Source of the DNA: a virus
Lineage: Duplodnaviria; Caudoviricetes
Direction: 5' to 3' (one strand)
IMG/VR virus record: IMGVR_UViG_3300037515_000210
Coordinates: 1 to 30,096 of that record
Length of the DNA: 30,096 nucleotides
The notes under the pieces are model-generated. The model did no database searches and was not told the DNA's origin. It was given only the letters and a program-made list of their open reading frames with translations. Positions 5,341 through 13,197 of this stretch are shown here, piece after piece. The position numbers were made by a program, and so were the translations under genes. Each line of letters opens with the position of its first letter. Position 1 is the stretch's first letter.

Positions 5341-7530
5341 ATGGCCCAGTGGTATACCAACTTTGATGACGCCACCGTCACCGGTGATGCGCTCGTCTAC
5401 GAGGCCTGGAGCCCCGCCACCGCCAGAACCCTGACACTGGATGCCGACCCCACCTGGGCGTCGTCCAAGGCGGTCGGTTACTCCGGTTCGGGCGAAGGGC
5501 GGCACTTTGCCCAGCTCATAGGTGCCCCTGAGTCCGACCGCGTCGAGGTCTACGGGGTGCTGCGCGTCTCCGGGTCGGAGAGCGATATCTACGTCGGCGG
5601 GGTCACCGGCTACAGCGCCTACAAGTTTGATATCCGGTCAGCCGTGAATGACATCCGGATCAGCAAATTCGTCGACGGCACCGGGTCGTTTGGACTGGGG
5701 ACCGCGGCGAAGACCATGGCCAATGGCGATGTCGTCAAAGTCCGGTGCCGCTGGGATGGCACCACTGGGGATCTGAAGCTCCGGGTCTGGCCTGAGCTGG
5801 ATACCGAGCCGGTGACGTGGGACATCGAAGTCAATGACACGGATCTGACCGCCTCGGGCTCCCTTGGCCTGTTCACCTTTGCGTCCAACTTCCTCTACAG
5901 CGAGATTGGCGTCGGCACCGACGGCGATGAGGCGCCTACAGGTCCTCTTACGCTCTATTTCGTCAGCTCGGTCACCGGGGATGTTTCCACCCCGGACAAC
6001 GCCCTGGGTGACACCCCCACCACCTGGACCACTGACGGCAACGTCAACGTCTCCTGGACCCACCGCTGGCGTCTGGATACCGTGGCGGGCAATAACAACC
6101 CCACCGGCACCCAGACGCTGACCTTGCGGATGCGCAAGGGCAGCAACAGCGGCAACCCCACGGTCAGCAGCGTCGAGCTGTGGCAGGCAGGCGCGTCGGT
6201 CGCCACCCTGACCCTGCAGAGTGGCTCTACCACCATCAGTAGTACCACCGGCCAGGACCTGGTCTACACCTTCGACGGCAGCCTGCTGGAGGGGATGGTC
6301 GACGTCGACATCCAGGTGGCGACTGTGGGTGTCGCTGGCGGCCCAACGGTGCGCAACGCCGTCGAAGTCGCCATGACGACCTGGGCGGCCAACTACGAGG
6401 AGGCGGGGGAGGAACCTGACGTCGTGGCTTTCAGCGCCGGGTCGCTGACAGTCTCCGGACAGACGTTCGCCCTGAGCGAGGGGGAGACCCTCAGTTTCAG
6501 CTCTGAGGCCCTGGTGGTAACCGGACAGACGTTCGCCCTGAGCGGAGGGGCTACAGTCGGCTTCAGCACTGGCTCTATGGTGGTTACCGGTAGGTCCTTT
6601 GGGGTGAGCGAAGGCTCCGCCGTTGAGTTCAGCGTCGGCATCCTCTCACTATCTGGGTCCGCGTTCTTGGCCACTTCGGCTACTTTGTTCAGTGCCGGGT
6701 CTTTAATGGCCACGGGCCAGTCGTTTGCCTTGAGCGAGGGGGAGACCCTCAGCTTCAGTGCTGGATCTCTGGCGGTAGCTGGCCAGCCGTTCGCCCAGGG
6801 TGAGGGTTCGGCTATCGTGTTCAATGCAGGGGCGCTGGCGGTAGCTGGCCAGCCGTTCGCCCTGAGCGAAGGGGAGACCCTCAGCTTCAGTGCTGGATCT
6901 CTGGCTGTAGCTGGACCGGCGTTCTCGGTAAGTGCGGGCGGCAGCCTGGGCTTCGCCCCTGGAGCTTTGTCGACGACGGGTTTGGAGTTTGCGGTTAGCG
7001 AAGGGGAGTCCCTGCTGTTCAGTCTTGGGTTGTTGACGGCGGCTGGGCAGACGTTCTCAGTGGCTGAGGGGTCGGTTCAGGTGTTTACCCCGGGGGTGGT
7101 AACCCTGCAGGGCAACCCCGCGACGATCAGTAATGCTGAGCGGGTAGACTTCCAGTCGGGCAGCTTGCAACTGATTAACCCAGTATTTGCCCCTGTACAG
7201 ACGGAGCGGGTATCCTTTACCCAGGCGGCCCTACAGGTGACCGGTGCCAGCTTCGCCACCTCGGAGGTTATCGCCTTTCCACCTGCCGCGGTAACGGTGC
7301 AGTCTCCACCCTTCCAGGTGGAGGAGATCGACCTGCAACTGCAGTTCGCTGCAGCCGGGGTCATCCTGGACCCTCTCGGGTTTAGCATAAGACACGGGGC
7401 TCTGTTGACAGGAGCGCAGCTCTTGAGAGCCAAGTCTCTGTCACCTGTGAGATCAGCCGCTGGAGCAGGACCCGAGAGAACCGCCCGCAGCGTTGCTGGC
7501 CTCCGCACGTTAAAGTCCTTTAAGGAGTGA
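5341..7530 (+). CDS. Fibre 'rope' protein: two N-terminal beta-sandwich (lectin-like) domains plus about 15 repeats of ~22 aa
   Basis: N-terminal KLRVWP...EPVTW....D....SGSLGL pattern is concanavalin-like. From 6421 the repeat consensus is TLSFSAGSLxVxGQxFALSEGE. Short basic Arg-periodic C-terminal tail. Confidence 0.78.
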   Translation: MAQWYTNFDDATVTGDALVYEAWSPATARTLTLDADPTWASSKAVGYSGSGEGRHFAQLIGAPESDRVEVYGVLRVSGSESDIYVGGVTGYSAYKFDIRSAVNDIRISKFVDGTGSFGLGTAAKTMANGDVVKVRCRWDGTTGDLKLRVWPELDTEPVTWDIEVNDTDLTASGSLGLFTFASNFLYSEIGVGTDGDEAPTGPLTLYFVSSVTGDVSTPDNALGDTPTTWTTDGNVNVSWTHRWRLDTVAGNNNPTGTQTLTLRMRKGSNSGNPTVSSVELWQAGASVATLTLQSGSTTISSTTGQDLVYTFDGSLLEGMVDVDIQVATVGVAGGPTVRNAVEVAMTTWAANYEEAGEEPDVVAFSAGSLTVSGQTFALSEGETLSFSSEALVVTGQTFALSGGATVGFSTGSMVVTGRSFGVSEGSAVEFSVGILSLSGSAFLATSATLFSAGSLMATGQSFALSEGETLSFSAGSLAVAGQPFAQGEGSAIVFNAGALAVAGQPFALSEGETLSFSAGSLAVAGPAFSVSAGGSLGFAPGALSTTGLEFAVSEGESLLFSLGLLTAAGQTFSVAEGSVQVFTPGVVTLQGNPATISNAERVDFQSGSLQLINPVFAPVQTERVSFTQAALQVTGASFATSEVIAFPPAAVTVQSPPFQVEEIDLQLQFAAAGVILDPLGFSIRHGALLTGAQLLRAKSLSPVRSAAGAGPERTARSVAGLRTLKSFKE
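6421..7398 (+). repeat. Coding tandem repeat, ~66-bp unit, about 15 degenerate copies
   Basis: TGAGCGARGGGGAGACCCTCAG recurs near 6474, 6732 and 6864. The protein-level periodicity F-x-x-G-x-L-x-x-x-G-x-x-F is clear. Confidence 0.85.
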
Positions 7531-7532
7531 GT

Positions 7533-7847
7533 ATGGGCACCCCCCTGGTTGAAACCGTGTATCTGGGCAGGGACAATCCCCTGGAAATAGCCCTTGAGCA
7601 GGCCGGGCAGAGTATCAATCACACCACCCTAACCCGCCTGGTTCTAACCCAGCGGGGAGGGGCCGTGATGCTGGACTCAGATGACACCCCGGAGGCCGTG
7701 AGCTTCGATTCCAGCGACCGGGTGGTGATCAAGGCGGGTGCCCTGCCGCTGCCCGTCGGCCGCCACTGGGTATCGCTGATTGTCTACGACGCGGAACACC
7801 AAGAGGGTATTTACTGGCAGGACATGACCCTGGTGGTGCATGCGTGA
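7533..7847 (+). CDS. Small beta-sandwich virion protein, putative fibre adaptor
   Basis: AAGGAG 7522-7527 then ATG 7533 (GTG 7527 is an alternative). VYLGRDNPLEIAL...LPVGRHWVSLIVYD...G is an Ig/BppU-like pattern. It sits between the rope gene and TerL. Confidence 0.7.
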   Translation: MGTPLVETVYLGRDNPLEIALEQAGQSINHTTLTRLVLTQRGGAVMLDSDDTPEAVSFDSSDRVVIKAGALPLPVGRHWVSLIVYDAEHQEGIYWQDMTLVVHA

Positions 7848-9628
7848 GTGACACCCCAAACCTGAACCCCACCGCGCGCGGCTTTCTGGAGCGGGTGTCG
7901 GCGGCCTCGCGTGCTGTGGCGGACTTCTCTGGCATCTCGCGCTGGCTGGTGGACAACACCCGTGACCCTCGGGATTCGACCAAGCCCTGGTCGTTCCAGG
8001 ACCACGAATACCAGATTGACATAGCCAACGACGCCCGGCCCCAGGTGGTAGCACGCAAGTGCGCCCAAGTGGGGTTGTCGGAGCTGCAGGTGCGGCTGAT
8101 GCTGGCCATGCTGGCGATCTACAACAATGTCACGGCTATCTATACCCTGCCCACCACCTCCTTTGCCCGCCAGTTTACCCGTTCGCGGGTCGACCCGGTG
8201 GTGGCCAGCTCGCCGGCGCTGCGCAGCCTGGTGACGGCCAGCAATGACAGTTCGGAACTCAAGCAGATCGGCAGCGCCTTCCTGTATATCCGGGGCTCGT
8301 TCGGGCAGGGGGCAGCGATCTCCATCCCCGCCGACATCCTGATCACCGACGAGGTGGACTTTTCCAACCAGAAGGCCCTGACCACCTTCGCCTCGCGTCT
8401 CGGGCACGCCAAGATGGGCGGCGGACACGGCATCCGCCGGGGGTTTTCCACCCCTACGGTGGAGGGGTTTGGGGTGTCCAAGACCTTTGACCTGTCCACC
8501 CAGGCGTACTATCTGGCGAAGTGTGACCACTGTCACCAGTGGGTGTGTCCGAGCTTCATGGACGACGTGATTATCCCGGGTTTTGACCGGCCGATCATTG
8601 AGTTGGAGCCCCCGGACGTCAACGATACCCGGTACCGTATCGCCGACGCTCACCTGCACTGCCCGGAGTGCCGGGGGGTATTGACGGTGGCTAACCTGGC
8701 CGACCCGACCAAACGCCAGTGGGTGGAGAAGCACCCGGGCCGGGCTATCGGGGGTTACCAGGTGTCGCCGTTCGACGTGCCGACCATCAACCCGATACCC
8801 AAGACCCTGGGCACCCTGGCGGACTTTGAGAAGGCTGACTGGGTCAACTTCAAGCTGGGCCTGCCCTTCGAGGATGCCGAAAACGCCTTTCTGCGCGAGC
8901 GGATTGACCGCTTTACCACCCTGCGGATGGTACAACCAGCGCCGATGGCAGCCCGGGGCTGCGTGATGGGGGTGGACGTGGGCAAGACCAGCTGGGTCGT
9001 AATTGGCCTACCCCACGGCGCCAGGATCAAGATCCTGTGGATGGAGCGGGTGGTGCAGGATGGCAATGACCGCCTGCACAACCGGCTGGTGGAGCTGATG
9101 GACTGGTTCGGGGTGGTGAAATGCGTGATCGACGCCGCTCCGGACTTCTCGATTGCCCTGAAGCTGGTGGAACACAGCTACGTCGGCCAGGCCTATGCCA
9201 ACTACTACGTGCGCACGGCGGGTAAGAAGCTCACCGAGAGGGATGTACAGGAGGACGACCGGGTGCTCAAGACCGACCGCACTCGCTCCCTGGACATTCT
9301 GGTCAAGGAGGTCAATGGCGGAGTATTCGAGTTTCCGCACGGCGGCGAGATCGAGCTGTTCCGCGACCACCTGATGGCCATCAAGCGCGTCAAGGAGATT
9401 AACAACCAGGGCGAGCTGGTGGCTCGCTGGATCAATACCGGCCCTGATCACTACGGCCACGCATTGAACTATTTGCGGTTGGCGTCCGGCCTGTTAGGAT
9501 ACCGAGGGGCGAAGACCAGCTCCCCTGCCCTTCCCTTGGCTTCGCTTTCCCGGCTACAATCGGGAGACGAGGGCCACACTCCTCACCCATTGACTCAGAG
9601 AGCCGGCGACATCCATGGAAGGCACTAA
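7844..9628 (+). CDS. terL: Terminase large subunit (lambda GpA-type ATPase plus RNase H-like nuclease)
   Basis: Adenine-binding HEYQ, Walker A-like ARKCAQVGLSE, Walker B ILITDEVD, STPT coupling motif, CDHC...CPEC zinc pair, nuclease VMGVDVG and DHYGHA. Confidence 0.95.
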   Translation: MSDTPNLNPTARGFLERVSAASRAVADFSGISRWLVDNTRDPRDSTKPWSFQDHEYQIDIANDARPQVVARKCAQVGLSELQVRLMLAMLAIYNNVTAIYTLPTTSFARQFTRSRVDPVVASSPALRSLVTASNDSSELKQIGSAFLYIRGSFGQGAAISIPADILITDEVDFSNQKALTTFASRLGHAKMGGGHGIRRGFSTPTVEGFGVSKTFDLSTQAYYLAKCDHCHQWVCPSFMDDVIIPGFDRPIIELEPPDVNDTRYRIADAHLHCPECRGVLTVANLADPTKRQWVEKHPGRAIGGYQVSPFDVPTINPIPKTLGTLADFEKADWVNFKLGLPFEDAENAFLRERIDRFTTLRMVQPAPMAARGCVMGVDVGKTSWVVIGLPHGARIKILWMERVVQDGNDRLHNRLVELMDWFGVVKCVIDAAPDFSIALKLVEHSYVGQAYANYYVRTAGKKLTERDVQEDDRVLKTDRTRSLDILVKEVNGGVFEFPHGGEIELFRDHLMAIKRVKEINNQGELVARWINTGPDHYGHALNYLRLASGLLGYRGAKTSSPALPLASLSRLQSGDEGHTPHPLTQRAGDIHGRH

Positions 9629-11057
9629 ACAAACCACGGTCCTGCCCCGGCGTCTGGTCAATAAGGCGCACACCCAGACGGTCTCCTCCAAGTCGGAGAA
9701 GGGTCAGGAACTGCTGACCGAGAATTCTCCGTACCGCAATCAGGCTATACGCACCCTGCGTGACAGAGACCCCACCGCTGCTATCCGTATGCTGGCCCAG
9801 GCCGACGGTACCGTGTCGACGGCGGTGTACAACTATGTGCAGGTGGCCATGTCGGGCTACCGGGTGCGAGCCTACAACAGCAGCGGCCACTTGTTTGACG
9901 CCGGCGGAACGCAGCTGGCGCAGTCGATCCTGTCGGCAATGAGCACCCTGTACGACTACTCGAAAGGTTACGCGGACAAGCCCACGATGGAAGCCGTGGT
10001 GGAGCAGTCCCTGCGCGAGGTGGTGCTGACCGGTGCCCTGGCCACGGAGCTGGTCCTGGACCAGCAGCGCCTGCCCGACCGCCTGCAGATAGTGCCGTTC
10101 GAGACCCTGCGCTGGGTGTCCAACGGGGACGGGACCAAGCACCCCATCCAGAGAGCCCAGGCGGGCGGCGATGACATCGACCTGAATATCCCCAACTTCT
10201 GGGTGGCCGAGAGCCACAAGGACGCCAGCAAGGCCTACGCCAGCTCCATGATGGAAGCGGCGCTCAATACCACTTACTACTACGCCGAGTTTATCGAGGA
10301 CATGCGCCGCGCCCAGCGCCGCGGTGGGCATAATCGGCTGGTCATCAAGCTCAACTCTGACAAGGTGACGGCGGCGGCGCCGGCGGATGTGCGCTCTGAC
10401 CCGACCAAAATGAAGACCTGGATGGAGGACATCCGGGCGGACGTGCAGACAATCATTGAGGCCATGGAGCCGGAAGACGCGCTGGTGGCCTATGACGCCA
10501 TCGACGCGGAGATGATCAGCTCTGAGAACGCCAAGTCGGATTACGGTGACCTGGTGGCCATGGTGTCCGGTCTGCTGGCGACCAGCCTCAAGACCCACCC
10601 GTCGATTCTGGGGCTCCGCCTGGAGGGCAGCCAGAGTCTGGCCAACACCGAGAGCCTGGTATTCCTGAAGGCCGCACGCGGCATCCAGCGCCCGGTGGAG
10701 GACGTGCTCAGCCGGGCACTGACCCTGGCGGCCCGCCTGTATGGCGCCGACGTCTACGTCCACTTCCGGTTCCTGCCGATCAACCTGCGCCCTGAGATGG
10801 AGCTGGAAGCATTCCGCACCATGCACCAGGCAAGGATTCTGGAGCTGCTGTCACTGGGGTTTATCACCGACGACGAAGCGGCCGCCGAGCTGGATACCGG
10901 ACCCAGGGCACCAGGGGCGCCGCCGCTGTCAGGTACCATGTTCCTGGACCCAGGTGCCACCAGTAACCGGGCCAAAGAAGCCAGTCCCAACGACGATCCC
11001 CAGGGTCGAGCCCTGCAAAGCGACCAGCCCAAGAAGGGCGGTGGCAACAGCCAATAG
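9615..11057 (+). CDS. Portal protein
   Basis: 480 aa, overlaps the TerL end and precedes the protease. Portal-like features include LREVVLTG, HPSILG, GSQSLANTE, F.PINLRPE.ELE and LGFITDDEA. Confidence 0.88.
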   Translation: MEGTKQTTVLPRRLVNKAHTQTVSSKSEKGQELLTENSPYRNQAIRTLRDRDPTAAIRMLAQADGTVSTAVYNYVQVAMSGYRVRAYNSSGHLFDAGGTQLAQSILSAMSTLYDYSKGYADKPTMEAVVEQSLREVVLTGALATELVLDQQRLPDRLQIVPFETLRWVSNGDGTKHPIQRAQAGGDDIDLNIPNFWVAESHKDASKAYASSMMEAALNTTYYYAEFIEDMRRAQRRGGHNRLVIKLNSDKVTAAAPADVRSDPTKMKTWMEDIRADVQTIIEAMEPEDALVAYDAIDAEMISSENAKSDYGDLVAMVSGLLATSLKTHPSILGLRLEGSQSLANTESLVFLKAARGIQRPVEDVLSRALTLAARLYGADVYVHFRFLPINLRPEMELEAFRTMHQARILELLSLGFITDDEAAAELDTGPRAPGAPPLSGTMFLDPGATSNRAKEASPNDDPQGRALQSDQPKKGGGNSQ

Positions 11058-11066
11058 GAGATAACC

Positions 11067-12623
11067 ATGCCACTAGGAACTTTGTGGATCGGGTCACTGG
11101 AGTCATTCCAGGTCGCGGCCGAAGCCGAAATCAAGATGGCCAAAATGACCATCCAGGAACTTGCTGCCCTGTCAGCCGAGGGGATGCAGACTTACCATTA
11201 CGGGGATGACAAGGAGGAGCAACACCCCTTTGGCGAGATGCGCTACATGGCCGAAGTGGTGGAGGGGGTGGCGGTGATTTCCATTTCCGGCAGCCTGGTG
11301 CCTGGTGCCAGCCGCTGGAACAAGTACATGGGGGTAACCGGTTACGGGGAAATCCGGGAAGCAGTGGCGCTGGCCGCCCAGATGGCTGATGTGCATTCCA
11401 TTTTGCTGGACATCGATTCACCGGGCGGGGCGGTGTCGGGGATTACGGAAATATCAACCTTCCTGCGCAGGGTAGACGCGGAATTCAAGCCAGTGTACTC
11501 TAGCACTGGAACGATCATGGCGTCGGGCGGTTACTGGCTTGGCTCCGTAGGTCGTAAGCTACACGCAGGTGAGTTGGCCACCGTTGGCTCCATCGGCGTG
11601 ATCGCAGTGCATCGTGAATACACGCAGATGCTGAAGGACGCGGGGATCACCGCCACGGTGATTCGTAAAGGGAAGTACAAGGCTTTAGGAAACCCTTACG
11701 AGAAACTCTCCCCCGACGCTGAGGCGCAGATTGAGCGCGAACTCAGCTCAGTCTATGACGTGTTCACTCGCACCGTAGCGGAGAACAGAGGCATGACGCA
11801 GCAATTCCTTTTGGATAATGCGGCGGAAGGCCAGACCTTCTTCGGCCGAGAGGCCAAAGAACTGGGGTTGGTGGACTTGATTGGCACCTTTGACGACGCT
11901 CTCGAGAGTCTGATCAGGAGTCGTGGAGACCTCAACAATGTAACTGACTTAGGCGTAGGGACTGAAACTATGGCTAAACGACGCGCTCTGACTGTAGCCG
12001 CACAGGCCGCCATCGCTGCCGGCGCCGAAGCGGAAAAGATCCTTGCCGGCCTGCCGGTCGAGGAAGAAGAACCTGAACAGCCTGTAGTGGCCGCGGAGGA
12101 CGAACCCGAGGAAGAACCCGAGGAAGAACCCGAGGAAGAACCCGAGGAAGAACCCGAGGACGAACCCGAGGACGAACCCGAGGACGAACCCGAGCCCGAA
12201 GCGGGTGCCAAACCGGGAATGGCTACGGCCACTCTGAAGGCGGTCAAAGATCCGGCTGTCGACCTGCTGACCTCACGGCTGAACGCGGCCGAGGACAAAG
12301 TGGTTGACCTGCGGGTTGAGCTGAAGGAAGTCACGGCGAAAGCCGAGAAGTTCCAGGCGGCCAACACCGGTTTGCGTGAGATCGCGGTCGCTGCCGTCGG
12401 TCGCTTGCAGGTGGCGCTGGGCGGCGCGGTGATCGATGTCTCCTCCCTGGATGACGTCGCTCTGCTCACGCAGTACACGTCTCTCAACAACGAGTTCCTG
12501 GCGCGCTACCCTGTGGGAGCGAAGTCTGAAGTACCCCACAAGGACGACGATGGAAAAGCCGAACCTACCACTCAACAAACCCACGAGAACCAGGCTACCC
12601 GGTTCAAGACACGCGAGGATTAA
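11067..12623 (+). CDS. S49 (SppA/lambda gpC-like) prohead protease fused to scaffold domain
   Basis: LLDIDSPGG, MASGGYWLGS (catalytic Ser), VGSIGV and GKYKA (Lys) motifs, followed by an acidic linker and a coiled coil. Confidence 0.93.
   Translation: MPLGTLWIGSLESFQVAAEAEIKMAKMTIQELAALSAEGMQTYHYGDDKEEQHPFGEMRYMAEVVEGVAVISISGSLVPGASRWNKYMGVTGYGEIREAVALAAQMADVHSILLDIDSPGGAVSGITEISTFLRRVDAEFKPVYSSTGTIMASGGYWLGSVGRKLHAGELATVGSIGVIAVHREYTQMLKDAGITATVIRKGKYKALGNPYEKLSPDAEAQIERELSSVYDVFTRTVAENRGMTQQFLLDNAAEGQTFFGREAKELGLVDLIGTFDDALESLIRSRGDLNNVTDLGVGTETMAKRRALTVAAQAAIAAGAEAEKILAGLPVEEEEPEQPVVAAEDEPEEEPEEEPEEEPEEEPEDEPEDEPEDEPEPEAGAKPGMATATLKAVKDPAVDLLTSRLNAAEDKVVDLRVELKEVTAKAEKFQAANTGLREIAVAAVGRLQVALGGAVIDVSSLDDVALLTQYTSLNNEFLARYPVGAKSEVPHKDDDGKAEPTTQQTHENQATRFKTRED
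11970..12623 (+). CDS. Probable nested in-frame scaffolding protein (lambda Nu3-like internal start)
   Basis: ATG 11970 is codon 302 of the protease frame. It is preceded by AGGCGTAGGGA and an A/T-rich spacer and lies right after the protease domain ends. The product would begin MAKRRAL. Confidence 0.55.
   Translation: MAKRRALTVAAQAAIAAGAEAEKILAGLPVEEEEPEQPVVAAEDEPEEEPEEEPEEEPEEEPEDEPEDEPEDEPEPEAGAKPGMATATLKAVKDPAVDLLTSRLNAAEDKVVDLRVELKEVTAKAEKFQAANTGLREIAVAAVGRLQVALGGAVIDVSSLDDVALLTQYTSLNNEFLARYPVGAKSEVPHKDDDGKAEPTTQQTHENQATRFKTRED
12096..12191 (+). repeat. 12-bp tandem repeat x8 encoding E(E/D)EP
   Basis: GAGGA(A/C)GAACCC eight times: EDEP, EEEP x4, EDEP x3. Confidence 0.97.
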
Positions 12624-12626
12624 GCG

Positions 12627-13127
12627 ATGACGGATTCTGTCTATACTCCCCTGGTTAATGATCCGCACGCGGATGTCATTTCCGCGCAGCTGGGCACCAC
12701 CAACAGCCAGTTCTCCGACAAGGATGTTGGCCAGGCTGTCAAAATGGGCCTTGTCAGCAACTACGTGCAGTGCAGTGATGGCGACGAGATTGGTGGCGTT
12801 GTCGTTGCGGTTGCCCCGCACACGGTCAATGATGGCAAGAGCTTTGGCTCAGTGCAGCGCAACAAGCGCATCAAGGCTGCGGTAGCGGCCAACCAAGGTG
12901 GCACCGCGATGGCGGTGCTCGACCTGGTGGTGTGCGGCACTCCCCTGGCACTCGGCACCGCTGGATTGACCCAGGTCAAGACCGGTACGGACGCCAGCCA
13001 GCTGGGAGCCGACCCGTTCACTTACACTGAACGCTCACCAAACACCGAGCTGTGGCGCGTTATTCGCATCATGACCGGCACCGGTGTGGCTGGCGACCAT
13101 GTACTCATCGAGCGCGTAACTGCGTAA
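12627..13127 (+). CDS. Putative capsid decoration or cement protein
   Basis: 166-aa Gly/Val/Ala-rich beta protein between protease and capsid, the lambda gpD position. Confidence 0.7.
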   Translation: MTDSVYTPLVNDPHADVISAQLGTTNSQFSDKDVGQAVKMGLVSNYVQCSDGDEIGGVVVAVAPHTVNDGKSFGSVQRNKRIKAAVAANQGGTAMAVLDLVVCGTPLALGTAGLTQVKTGTDASQLGADPFTYTERSPNTELWRVIRIMTGTGVAGDHVLIERVTA

Positions 13128-13162
13128 CTGACTCCCGGGCAAGTGCCCCGCCCGGGATCGGT
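13127..13162 (+). other. Stable hairpin in the major capsid leader (no U-tract)
   Basis: TCCCGGGC (13133-13140) pairs with GCCCGGGA (13150-13157), extended by ACTGA/TCGGT. Confidence 0.6.
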
Positions 13163-13197
13163 GACCCCAGCTACCAAAGGACATCAGGAGATAGGCT

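Noticed and set aside
11731-11819. Internal sigma70 promoter in the protease gene (TTGAGC-17-TATGAC, or GATAAT at 11814)
   Set aside because: The first -10 lacks the conserved final T and the second has no properly spaced -35, so support is too weak.
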